DNA of 64,000 nt from Eledone cirrhosa. Lineage: Eukaryota. The notes beneath the pieces were generated by a model, which searched no databases, was not told the origin of the DNA, and saw only the letters and a list, made by a program, of their open reading frames with translations. The translations under genes were made by a program, and so were the position numbers. This document shows positions 28,901 to 43,900 of this stretch, one piece after another. Position 1 is the stretch's first letter; the number at the start of each line of letters is the position of its first letter. The stretch lies in assembly GCA_964016885.1 (NCBI GenBank), contig OZ024740.1, forward strand, positions 401,264,001 through 401,328,000, read 5' to 3'.

Positions 28901-31900
28901 TTATGCAGAATCAGTGCAGTATAGAACACTATGTAGAATCAGTACAACATAGAACACTATGTAGAATCAACACAACATAGAACACTAGGTAGAATCCGCA
29001 CAACATAGAACACTATGTAGAATCAGTACAGTATAGAACACTATGTAGAATCAGTAGAGTATAGAACACTATGTAGAATCAGTACAGTATAGAACATCAT
29101 GTAGAATCAGTACAGTATAGAACACTATGTAGAATCAGTACAACATTGAACACTATCTAGAAACTGTGCATCATAGAACACTATGTAGAATCAGTACAGT
29201 AGAGAAAACTATTTAGAATCAGTACACTATAGAACACTATGTAAAATCAGTACAACATAGAACACTATATAGAATCAGTACAGTATAGAACACTATGTAG
29301 AATCAGTACAACATAGAACACTATGTAGAATCAACACAACATAGAACACTATGTAGAATCCACACGGCATACAACACTATGTAGAATCAGTACAGTATAG
29401 AACACTATGTAGAATCAGTACAACATAGAAAACTATGTAGATTCAGTACAACATAGAACACTATGTAGAATCAGTACAGTATAGTACTCTATGTAGAATC
29501 AGTATAACATAGAACACCATGAAGAATCAATTCAACATAGAACGTTACGTAGAATCAGTACAACATAGAACACTATGTAGAATCAGTACAGTATAGAACA
29601 CTATGTTGAATCAGAACAGTATAGAACACTATGTAGAACCAGTACAACATAGAACACCATGTATAATCAGTACAGTATAGAACACTATGTATAATCAGAA
29701 CAACATAGCACACCATGTAGAATCAACTAAAAATAGAACATTACGTAGAATCAGTACAACATAGAACACTATGTAGAATCAGCACAACATAGAACACTAT
29801 GTAGAATCAATACAACATAGAGCACTATGTAGAATCAGTACAACATAGAACACTATGTAGAATCAGCACAACATAGAAAACTATGTAGAATTAGTACAGT
29901 ATAGAACACTATGTAGAATCAGTACAGTATAGAACACTATGTAGAATCAGAACACTATAGAACACTATGTAGAATCAGTACATTATAGAACACTATGTAG
30001 GATCAGAACACTATAGAACACTATGTAAAATCAGTACATCATAGAACACTATGAAGAATCAGTACAGTATAGAACACTATGTAGAATCAGTACAGTATAG
30101 AACACTATGTAGAATCAGTACAGTATAGAACACTATGTAGAGTCAGAACACTATAGAACACTATGTAGAATCAGTACAGTATAGAACACTATGTAGGATC
30201 AGAACACTATAGAACACTATGTAAAATCAGTTCAACATAGAACACTATGTAGAATCATTACAGTATAGAGCACTATGTAGAATCAGTACAACATAGAACA
30301 CTATGTAGAATCAGCACAACATAGAACACTATGTAGAATCAGTACAACATAGAACACTATGTAGAATCAGTACAGTATAGAACACTATATAGAATCAGTA
30401 CAATATAGAACACTATATAGAATCAGTAAGTATAGAACACTATGTAGAATCAGTACACTATAGAACACTATGTAGAATCAGTACAACATAGAACACTATG
30501 TAGAATCAGTACATTATAGAACACTATGTAGAATCAGTACAACATAGAACACTATGTAGAATCAGTACAACATAGAACACTATGTAGAATCAGTACAGTA
30601 TAGAACACTATGTAGAATCAGTACAACATAAAACACTATGTAGAATCAGTACAACACAGAACACTATGTAGAATCAGTACAACATAGAACACTATGTAGA
30701 ATCAGTACAACATAGAACACCATGTAGAATCAATTCAACATAGAACATTACGTAGAATCAGTACAACATAGAACACTATGTAGAATCAGTACAGTATAGA
30801 ACACTATGTAGAATCAGAACAGTATAGAACACTATGTAGCACCAGTACAACATAGAACACTAGAACACTATGTAGAATCAGTACAGTATAGAACACTACG
30901 TATAATCAGTACAGTATAGAACACTATGTAGAGTCAGTATGTATAGAACACTATGTAGAATCAGTACAACATAGAACACCATGTAGAATCAACTAAAAAT
31001 AGAACATTACGTAAAATCAGTACAACATAGAACACTATGTAGAATCGGTACAGTATAGAGCACTATGTAGAATCAGTACAACATAGAACACTATGTAGAA
31101 TCAGCACAACATAGAACACTATGTAGAATCAGAACACTATAGAACACTATGTAGAATCAGTACAGTATAGAACACTATGTAGGATCAGAACACTATAGAA
31201 CACTATGTAAAATCAGTATATCATAGAACACTATGTAGAATCAGTACAGTATAGAACACTATGTAGAATCAGTACAGTATAAAACACTATGTAGAATCAG
31301 TACAGTATAGAACACTATGTAGAATCAGAACACTATAGAACACTATGTAGAATCAGTACAGTATACAACACTATGTAGTATCAGAACACTATAGAACACT
31401 ATGTAAAATCAGTACAACATAGAACACTATGTAGAATCAGTACAGTATAGAGCACTATGTAGAATCAGTACAACATAGAACACTATGTAGAATCAGCACA
31501 ACATAGAACACTATGTAGAATCAATACAACATAGAACACTATGTAGAATCAGTACAACATAGAACACTATGTAGAATCAGTACAGTATAGAGCACTATGT
31601 AGAATCAGTACATCATAGAACACTACGTAGAATCAATACAACATAGAACACTATGTAGAATCAGCACAACCTAGAACACTATGTAGAATCAATACAACAT
31701 AGAGCACTATGTAGAATCAGTACAACATAGAACACTATGTAGAATCAGCAAAACATAGAAAACTATGTAGAATCAATACAACATAGAACACTATGTAGAA
31801 TCAGTACAACATAGAACACTATGTAGAATCAGCACACCATAGAACACTATGTAGAATCAGCAAAACATAGAAAACTATGTAGAATCAATACAACATAGAA

Positions 31901-34900
31901 CACTATGTAGAATCAGTACAACATAGAACACTATGTACAATCATTACAGTATAGAACACTATGTAGAATCAGTACAACATAGAACACTATGTAGAATCAG
32001 TACAGTATAGACTATTATGCAGAATCAGTGCAGTATAGAACACTATGTAGAATCAGTACAACATAGAACACTATGTAGAATCAACACAACATAGAACACT
32101 AGGTAGAATCCGCACAACATAGACCACTATGTAGAATCAGTACAGTATAAAACACTATGTAGAATCAGTACAGCATAGAACACTATGTAGAATCAGTACA
32201 GTATAGAACATCATGTAGAATCAGTACAGTATAGAACACTATGTAGAATCAGTACAACATTGAACACTATCTAGAAACTGTGCATCATAGAACACTATGT
32301 AGAATCAGTACAGTAGAGAAAACTATTTAGAATCAGTACACTATAGAACACTATATAGAATCAGTAAGTATAGAACACTATGTAGAATCAGCACAACATA
32401 GAACACTATGTAGAATCAGTACAACATAGAACATTATGCAGAATCAATACAGTAGAGAACACTATGTATAATCAGTACTCTATAGAACACTATATAGAAT
32501 CAGTACAACATAGAACACTATGTAGAATCAGTACAACATAGAACACTATGCAGAATCAGTACAGTATAGAACACTATGTAGAATCAGTACAACATAGAAC
32601 ACTATGCAGAATCAGTACAGTATAGAACACTATGTAGAATCAGTACAATATAGAACATTATGTAGAATCAGTAAGTATAGAACACTATGTAGAATCAGTA
32701 CAGTATAGAACACTATTTAGAATCAGTACAGTATAGAACACTATGTAAAATCAGTACAACATAGAACACTATGTAGAATCAGTACAGTATAGAACACTAT
32801 GGAGAATCAGTACAACATAGAACACTATGTAGAATCAGTACAACATAGAACACTATGTAGAATATGCGCATCATAGAACACTATGTAGAATCAGTACAAC
32901 ATAGAACACTATGTAGAATCAGTGCAACATAGAATACTATGTAGAATCAGTACAGTATAGAACACTATGTAGAATCATAACAACATAGAACACTATGTAG
33001 AATCAGTACAACATAGAATACTATGTAGTATCAGTACAACATAGAACACCATGTAGAATCAACTCAACATAGAACATTACGTAGAATCAGTACAGTATAG
33101 AACACTATGTAGAATCAGTACAACATAGAACACCATGTAGAATCAACTAAAAATAGAACATTACGTGGAATCAGTACAACATAGAACACAATGTAGAATC
33201 AGTACAATATAGAACACTGTGTATAATCAGTACAGTATAGAACACTATGTAGAATCAGTACAACATAGAACACTATGTAGAATCAGCACAGCATAGAACA
33301 CTATATAGAATCAATACAACATAGAACACTATGTAGAATTAGTACAGTATAGAACACTATGTAGCATCAGTACAACATAGAACACAATGTAGAATCAGTA
33401 CATTATAGAACACTATGTAGAATATGTGCATCATAGAACACTATGTAGAATCGGTACAGCAGAGAACACTATGTAGAATCAGTACAGTATATTATACTAT
33501 GTAGAATCAGTACAACATAGAACACTATGTATAATCAGTACTGTATAGAACACTATGTAGAATCAGTACAACATAGAAAACTATGTTGAATCAGTACAAC
33601 ATAGAACACTATGCAGAATCAGTACAGTATAGAACACTATGTAGAATCAGTACAGTATAGAACACTATATAGAATCAGCACAACATAGAACACTATGTAG
33701 AATCAGTACAACATAGAACATTATGTAGAATCAGTACAGTATAGAACACTATGTAGAATCAGTACAACATAGAACACTATGTAGAATCAGCACAATATAG
33801 AACACTATGTAGAATCAGTACAACATACAACACTATGTAGGATCAGTACAGTATAGACTATTATGCAGAATCAGTGCAGTATAGGACACTATGTAGAATC
33901 AGTACAACATAGAACACTATGTAGAATCAGTACAATTTAGAACACTGTGTATAATCAGTACAGTATAGAACACTATGTAGAATCAGTACAACATAGAACA
34001 CTATGTATAATCAGTACAGTATAGGACACTATGTAGAATCAGTACAACATAGAACACTATGTAGAATCACTAAAACATTGAACACTATGTAGAATCAGTA
34101 CACTATAGAAAACTATGTAGAATCAGTACAACATAGAACACTATTTAGAATCAGTACAACTTAGAACACTATGTAGAATCAGTACAACATAGAACCCTAT
34201 GTAGAATCAGTACACTATAGGAAACTATGTAGAATCAGTACAACAGAGAACACTATTTAGAATCAGTACAACATAGAACACTATGTAGAATCTGTGCATC
34301 ATAGAACACTATGTAGAATCACTACAGTAGAGAACACTATGTAGAATCATTACAGTATATAACACTATGTAGAATCAGTAAAACATAGAACACTATGTAT
34401 AATCAGTACTGTATAGAACACTATGTAGAATCAGTACAACATAGAACACTATGTAGAATCAGTACAACATAGAACACTATGTAGATTCAGTACAGTATAG
34501 AACACTATGTAGAATCAGTACAACATAGAACATTATGTAGAAAAAGTAGATCATAGAACACTATGTAGAATAAGTACAGTAGAGAGCACTATGTAGAACC
34601 AGTACAACATAGAACACTATGCAGAGTCAGTACAGTATAGAACACTATGTAGAATCAGTACAGTATAGAACACTATGTATAATCAGTACTGTATAGAACA
34701 TTATGTAGAATCAGTACAACATAGAACACTATGTAGAATCAGTACAACATAGAACACTATGTAGATTCAGTACAGTATAGAACACTATGTAGAATCAGTA
34801 CAACATAGAACATTATGTAGAAAAAGTAGATCATAGAACACTATGTAGAATCAGTACAGTAGAGAGCACTATGTCGAATCAGTACAACATAGAACACTAT

Positions 34901-37900
34901 GCAGAATCAGTACAGTATAGAACACTATGTAGAATCAGTACAGTATAAGACACTATGTAGAATCAGTACAGTATAGAACACTAAGTAGAATCAGTACAAC
35001 ATAGAACACTATGTAGAATCAGTACAGTATAGAACACTATGTAGAATCAGTACAATATAGAACACTATGTAGAATCAGTACAACATAGGACACTATGTGG
35101 TATCAGTACAGTATAGAACACTATGTAGAATCAGTACAACATAGAACATTATGCAGAATCAATACAATAGAGAACACTATGTATAATCAGTACTCTATAG
35201 AACACTATATAGAATCAGTACAACATAGAACACTATGTAGAATCAGTACAACATAGAACACTATGTAGAATCAGTACAGTATAGAACACTATGCAGAATC
35301 AGTACAACATAGAACACTATATATAATCACTACAGTATAGAACACTATGTAGAATCAGTACAATATAGAACACTATGTAGAGTCAGTAATATAGAACACT
35401 ATGTAGAATCAGTACAGTATAGACTACTACGCAGAATCAGTACAGTATAGAACACTATGTAGAATCAGTACAACATAGAACACTATGTAGATTCAGTACA
35501 ACATAGAACACTATGTAGAATCAGTACAGTATAGAACACTATGTAGAATCAGTACAGTATAGAACACTATGTAGAATCAGTACAACATAGAACATTATGT
35601 AGAATCAGTACAGTATAGAACACTATGTAGAATCAGTACATCATAGAACACTATGTAGAATCAGTACAGTATAGAACACTATGTAGAATCAGTACAGTAT
35701 AGAACTCTATGTAGAATAGGTACATCATAGAACACTATGTAGAATCAGTACAGTATAGAACACTATGTAGAATCAGTAGAGTATAGAACACTATGTAGAA
35801 TCAGTACAGTATAGAACACTATCTAGAATATGTGCATAATAGAACACTATGTAGTATCAGTACAGTAGAAAACACTATGTAGAATCAGTACAGTATAGAA
35901 CACTATGTAGAATCAGTACAACATAGAACACTATGTAGAATCAGTACAACATAGAACACAATGTAGAATCAGCACAGGATAGAACACTATGTAGATTCAG
36001 TACAACATAGAACACTATGTAGAATCAGCACAACATAGAACACTATAGAACACTATGTAGAATTAGTACAGTATAGAACACTATGTAGGATCAGAACACT
36101 ATAGAACACTATGTAAAATCAGTACATCATAGAACACTATGTAGAATCAGTACAGTATAGAACACTATGTAGAATCAGTACAGTATAGAACACTATGTAT
36201 AATCAGTACAGTATAGAACACTATGTAGTATCAGAACACTATAGAACACTATGTAGAATCAGTACATTATAGAACACTATGTAGGATCAGAACACTATAG
36301 AACACTATATAAAATCAGTACAACATAGAACACTATGTAGAATCAGTACAGTATAGAGCACTATGTAGAATCAGTACAACATAGAACACTATGTAGAATC
36401 AGCACAACATAGAACACTATGTAGAATCAATACAACATAGAACACTATGTAGAATCAGTACAACATAGAACACTATGTAGAATCAGTACAGTATAGAGAA
36501 CTATGTAGAATCAGTACAACATAGAACACTACATAGAATCAATACAACATAGAGCACTATGTAGAATCAGCACAACATAGAACACTATGTAGAATCAATA
36601 CAACATAGAACACTATGTAGAATCAGCACAACATAGAACACTATGTATAATCAATACAACATAGAGCACTATGTAGAATCAGTACAACATAGAACACTAT
36701 GTAGAATCAGCACAACATAGAAAACTATGTAGAATCAATACAACATAGAACACTATGTAGAATCAGTACAACATAGAACACTATGTACAATCAGTACAGT
36801 ATAGAACACTATGTAGAATCAGTACAACATAGAACAATATGTAGAATCAGTACAGTATAGACTATTATGCAGAATCAGTGCAGTATAGAACACTATGTAG
36901 AATCAGTACAACATAGAACACTATGTAGAATCAACACAACATAGAACACTATGTAGAATCCGCACAAAATAGAACACTATGTAGAATCAGTACAGTATAG
37001 AACACTATGTAGAATCAGTACAGTATAGAACACTATGTAGAATCAGTACAGTATAGAACATCATGTAGAATCAGTACAGTATAGAACACTATGTAGAATC
37101 AGTACAACATTGAACACTATGTAGAATCTGTGCATCATAGAACACTATGTTGAATCAGTACAGTAGAGAAAACTATTTAGTATCAGTACACTATAGAACA
37201 CTATGTAAAATCAGTACAACATAGAACACTATGTAGAATCAGTACAGTATAGAACACTATTTAGAATCAGTACAACATAGAACACTATGTAGAATCCGCA
37301 CAACATAGAACACTATGTAGAATCAGTACAGTATAGAACACTATGTAGAATCAGTACAGTATAGAACACTATGTATAATCAGTTCTGTATAGAACATTAT
37401 GTAGAATCAGTACAACATAGAACACTATGTAGAATCAGTAAAACATAGAACACTATGTAGATTAAGTACAACATAGAACACTATGTAGAATCAATACAAC
37501 ATAGAACATTATGTAGAAAAAGTAGATCATAGAAGACTATGTAGAATCAGTACAGTAGAGAGCACTATGTAGAATCAGTACAGTATAGAACATTATGTAG
37601 AATCAGTACAACATAGGACACTATGTAGAATCAGTACAGTATATAACACTATGTAGAATCAGTACAACATAGGACACTATGTGGTATCAGTACAGTATAG
37701 AACACTATGTAGAATCAGTACAACATAGAACACTATGTAGAATCAGTACAGTATAGAACACTATGCAGAATCAGTACAACATAGAACAATATATAGAATC
37801 ACTACAGTATAGAACACTATGTAGAATCAGTACAATATAGAACACTATGTAGAGTCAGTAAGTATAGAACACTATGTAGAATCAGTACAACATAGGACAC

Positions 37901-40900
37901 TATGTGGTATCAGTACAGTATAGAACACTATGTAGAATCAGTACAACATAGAACACTATGTAGAATCAGTACAGTATAGAACACTATGCAGAATCAGTAC
38001 AACATAGAACAATATATAGAATCACTACAGTATAGAACACTATGTAGAATCAGTACAATATAGAACACTATGTAGAGTCAGTAAGTATAGAACACTATGT
38101 ACAATCAGTACAGTATAGAACACTATTTAGAATCAGTACACTATAGAACACTATGTAAAATCAGTACAACATAGAACACTATGTAGAATCAGTATAGTAT
38201 AGAACACTATGTAGAATCAGTACAACATAGAACACTATGTAGAATCAGTACAGTATAGAACACTATGTAGAATTAGTACAGTATAGAACACTATGTAGAA
38301 TCAGTACAACATAGAACATTATGTAGAATCAGTACAGTATAGAACACTATGTAGAATCAGTACATCATAGAACACTATGTAGAATCAGTACAGTATAGAA
38401 CACTATGTAGAATCAGTACAGTATAGAACACTATGTAGAATCAGTACATCATAGAACACTATGTAGAATCAGTACAGTATAGAACACTATGTAGAATCAG
38501 TAGAGTATAGAACACTATGTAGAATCAGTACAGTATAGATCACTATGTATAATATGTGCATAATAGTACACTATGTATTATCAGTACAGTAGAGAACACT
38601 ATGTAGAATCAGTACAGTATAGAACACTATGTAGAATCAGTACAGTATAGACTACTATGCAGAATCAGTACAGTATAGAACACTATGTAGAATCAGTACA
38701 ACATAGAACACTATGTAGAATCAGCACAACATAGAACACTATGTAGAATCAATACAACATAGAACACTATGTAGAATCAGTACAACATAGAACACTATGT
38801 AGAATCAGTACAGTATAGAGAACTATGTAGAATCCGCACAACATAGAACACTATGTAGAATCAGTATAGTATAGAACACTATGTAGAATCAGTACAGTAT
38901 AGAACACTATGTATAATCAGTACTGTATAGAACATTATGTAGAATCAGTACAACATAGAACACTATGTAGAATCAGTACAACATAGAACACTATGTAGAT
39001 TCAGTACAGTATAGAACACTATGTAGAATCAATAAAACATAGAACATTATGTAGAAAAAGTAGATCATAGAAGACTATGTAGAATCAGTACAGTAGAGAG
39101 CACTATGTCGAATCAGTACAACATAGAACACTATGCAGAATCAGGACAGTATAGAACACTAAGTAGAATCAGTACAACATAGAACACTATGTAGAATCAG
39201 TACAGTATAGAACACTATGTACAATCAGTACAGTATATAACACTATGTAGAATCAGTACAACATAGGACACTATGTGGTATCAGTACAGTATAGAACACT
39301 ATGTAGAATCAGTACAACATAGAACACTATGTAAAATCAGTACACTATAGGAAACTATGTAGAATCAGTACAGTATAGAACACTATGTAGAATCAGTACA
39401 ACATAGAACACTATGTAGAATCAACACAACATAGAACACTATGTAGAATCCGCACAGCATAGAACACTATGTAGAATCAGTACAGTATAGAACACTATGT
39501 AGAATCAGTACAGTATAGAACACTATGTATAATCAGTACTGTATAGAACATTATGTAGAATCAGTACAACATAGAACACTATGTAGAATCAGTACAATAT
39601 AGAACACTATGTAGATTCAGTACAGTATAGAACACTATGTAGAATCAATACAACATAGAACATTATGTAGAAAAAGTAGATCATAGAAGACTATGTAGAA
39701 TCAGTACAGTAGAGAGCACTATGTCGAATCAGTACAACATATAACACTATGCAGAATCAGGACAGTATAGAACACTATGTAAAATCAGTACAGTATAGAA
39801 CACTATGTAGAATCAGTACAGTATAGAACACTAAGTAGAATCAGTACAACATAGAAGACTATGTAGAATCATTACAGTATAGAACACTATGTAGAATCAG
39901 TACAGTATATAACACTATGTAGAATCAGTACAACATAGGACACTATGTGGTATCAGTACAGTATAGAACACTATGTAGAATCAGTACAACATAGAACACT
40001 ATGTAGAATCAGTACAGTATAGAACACTAAGTAGAATCAGTACAACATAGAAGACTATGTAGAATCATTACAGTATAGAACACTATGTAGAATCAGTACA
40101 GTATATAACACTATGTAGAATCAGTACAACATAGGACACTATGTGGTATCAGTACAGTATAGAACACTATGCAGAATCAGTACAACATAGAACACTATAT
40201 AGAATCACTACAGTATAAAACACTATGTAGAATCAGTACAATATAGAACAATATGTAGAGTCAGTAAGTATAGAACACTATGTAGAATCAGTACAGTATA
40301 GAACACTATTTAGAATCAGTACACTATAGAACACTATGTAAAATCAGTACAACATAGAACACTATGTAGAATCAGTAGAGTATAGAACACTATGTAGAAT
40401 CAGTAAAACATAGAACACTATGTAGTATCAGTACAGTATAGACTACTATGCAGAATCAATACAGTATAGAACACTATGTAGAATCAGTACAACATTGAGC
40501 ACTATGTAGATTCAGTACAACATAGAACACTATGTAGAATCAGTACAGTATAGAACACTATGTAGAATCAGTACAACATAGAACATTATGTAGAATCAGT
40601 ACGGTATAGAACACTATGTAGAATCAGTACATCATTGAACACTATGTAGAATCAGTACAGTATAGAACACTATGTAGAATCAGTACAGTATAGAACACTA
40701 TGTAGAATCAGTACATCATAGAACACTATGTAGAATCAGTACAGTATAGAACACTATGTAGAATCAGTAGAGTATAGAACACTATGTAGAATATGTGCAT
40801 AATAGAACACTATGTAGTATCAGTACAGTAGGGAACACTATGTATAATCAGTACAGTATAGAACACTATGTAGAATCAGTACAGTATAGACTACTATGCA

Positions 40901-43900
40901 GAATCAGTACAGTATAGAACACTATGTAGAATCAGTACAACATAGAACACTATGTAGAATTAGTACAGTATAGAACACTATGTAGATTCAGTACAACTTA
41001 GAACACTATGTAGAATCAGTACAACATAGAACACTATGTAGAATCAGCACAGCATAGAACACCATGTAGATTCAGTACAACATAGAACACTATGTAGAAT
41101 CAGCACAACATAGAACACTATGTAGAATCAATACAACATAGAACACTATGTAGAATCAGTACAACATAGAACACTATGTAGAATCAGTACAGTATAGAGC
41201 ACTATGTAGAATCAGTACAACATAGAACACTACGTAGAATCAATACAACATAGAACACTATGTAGAATCAGCAAAACATAGAACACTATGTAGAATCAAT
41301 ACAACATAGAACACTATGTACAATCAGCACAACATAGAACACTATGTAGAATCAGTACAGTATAGAACACTATGTAGAATCAGTACAGTATAGAACACTA
41401 TGTAGAATCAGAACACTATGTAGAATCAGTACAGTATAGAACACTATGTAGGATCAGAACACTATAGAACACTATGTAAAATCAGTACATCATAGAACAC
41501 TATGTACAATCAGTACAGTATAGAACACTATGTAGAATCAGTACAGTATAGAACACTATGTATAATCAGTACAGTATAGAACACTATGTAGAATCAGAAC
41601 ACTATAGAACACTATGTAGAATCAGTACAGTATAGAACACTATGTAGGATCAGAACACTATAGAACACTATGTAAAATCAGTACAGCATAGAACACTATG
41701 TAGAATCAGTACAGTATAGAGCACTATGTAGAATCAGTACAGCATAGAACACTATGTAGAATCAGCACAACATAGAACACTATGTAGAATCAATACAACA
41801 TAGAACACTATGTATAATCAGTACAGTATAGAGAACTATGTAGAATCAGTACAACATAGAACACTACGTAGAATCAATACAACATAGAACACTATGTAGA
41901 ATCAGCACAACATAGAACACTATGTAGAATCAATACAACATAGAGCACTATGTAGAATCAGTACAACATAGAACACTATGTAGAATCAGCACAACATAGA
42001 ACGCTATGTAGAATCCGCACAACATAGAACACTATGTAGAATCAGTACAGTATAGAACACTATGTAGAATCAGTACAGTATAGAACACTATGTAGAATCA
42101 GTACAGTATAGAACATCATGTAGAATCAGTACAGTATAGAACACTATGTAGAATCAGTACATCATTGAACACTATGTAGAATCTGTGCATCATAGAACAC
42201 TATGTAGAATCAGTACAGTAGAGAAAGCTATTTAGAATCAGTACACTATAGAACACTATGTAAAATCAGTACAACATAGAACACTATGTAGAATCAGTAC
42301 AGTATAGAACACTATGTAGAATCAGTACAACATAGAACACTATGTAGAATCAACACAACGTAGAACACTATGTAGAATCCGCACGGCATAGAACATAATG
42401 TAAAATCAATATAGTATAGAACACTATGTAGAATCAGTACAGTATAGAACACTATGTAGAATCAGTACAACATAGAAAACTATGTAGATTCAGTACAACA
42501 TAGAACACTATGTAGAATCAGTACAGTATAGTACTCTATGTAGAATCAGTATAACATAGAATCATTATGTAGAATCAGTACATCATAGAACACTATGTAG
42601 AATCAGTACAGTATAGAACACTACGTAGAATCAGTAAGTATAGAACACTATGTAGAATCAGTACAGTATAGAACACTATGTAGAATCCTGTACAGTATAG
42701 AACACTATGTAGAATCAGTACAGTATAGAACACTATGTATAATCAGTACAGTATAGAACACTATGTAGAATCAGTACAACATAGAACACCATGTAGAATC
42801 AACTAAAAATAGAACATCACGTAGAATCAGTACAACATTGAACACTATGTAGAATCGGTACAACATAGAACACTATGTAGAATCAGTACAACATAGAACA
42901 CTATGGAGACTCAGCACAGCATAGAACACTATGTAGAATGAATACAACATAGAACACTATGTAGAATTAGTACGACATAGAACACTATGTAGAATCAGTA
43001 CTGTATAGAGCACTATGTAGAATCAGTACAACATAGAACACTACGTAGAATCAATACAACATAGAATACTATGTAGAATCAGCACAACATAGAACACTAT
43101 GTAGAATCAATACAACATAGAACACTATGTAGAATCCGCACGGCATAGAACATAATGTAAAATCAATATAGTATAGAACACTATGCAGAATCAGTACAGT
43201 ATAGAACACTATGTAGAATCAGTACAACATAGAAAACTATGGAGATTCAGTACAACATAGAACACTATGTAGAATCAGTACAGTATAGTACTCTATGTAG
43301 AATCAGTATAACATAGAATCATTATGTAGAATCAGTACATCATAGAACACTATGTAGAATCAGTACAGTATAGAACACTATGTAGAATCAGTAAGTATAG
43401 AACACTATGTAGAATCAGTACAACATAGTACACTATGTAGAATCAGTACAACATAGAACACTATGTAGAATCAGTACAGTATAGAACACTATGTAGAATC
43501 AGTACAACATAGAACACTATGTAGAATCAGTACAACATAGAACATTACGTAAAATCAGTACAACATAGAACACTATGTAGAATCAGTACAGTATAGAACA
43601 CTATGTAGAATCAGAACAGTATAGAACACTGTGTAGAATCAGTAGAACATAGAACACTATGTAGAATCAGTACAGTATAGAACACTATGTATAATCAGTA
43701 CAGTATAGAACACTATGTAGAATCAGTACAACATAGAACACCATGTAGAATCAACTAAAAATAGAACATCACGTAGAATCAGAACAACATAGAACACTAT
43801 GTAGAATCGGTACAACATAGAACACTATGTAGAATCAGTACAACATAGAACACTATGGAGACTCAGCACAGCATAGAACACTATGTAGAATGAATACAAC

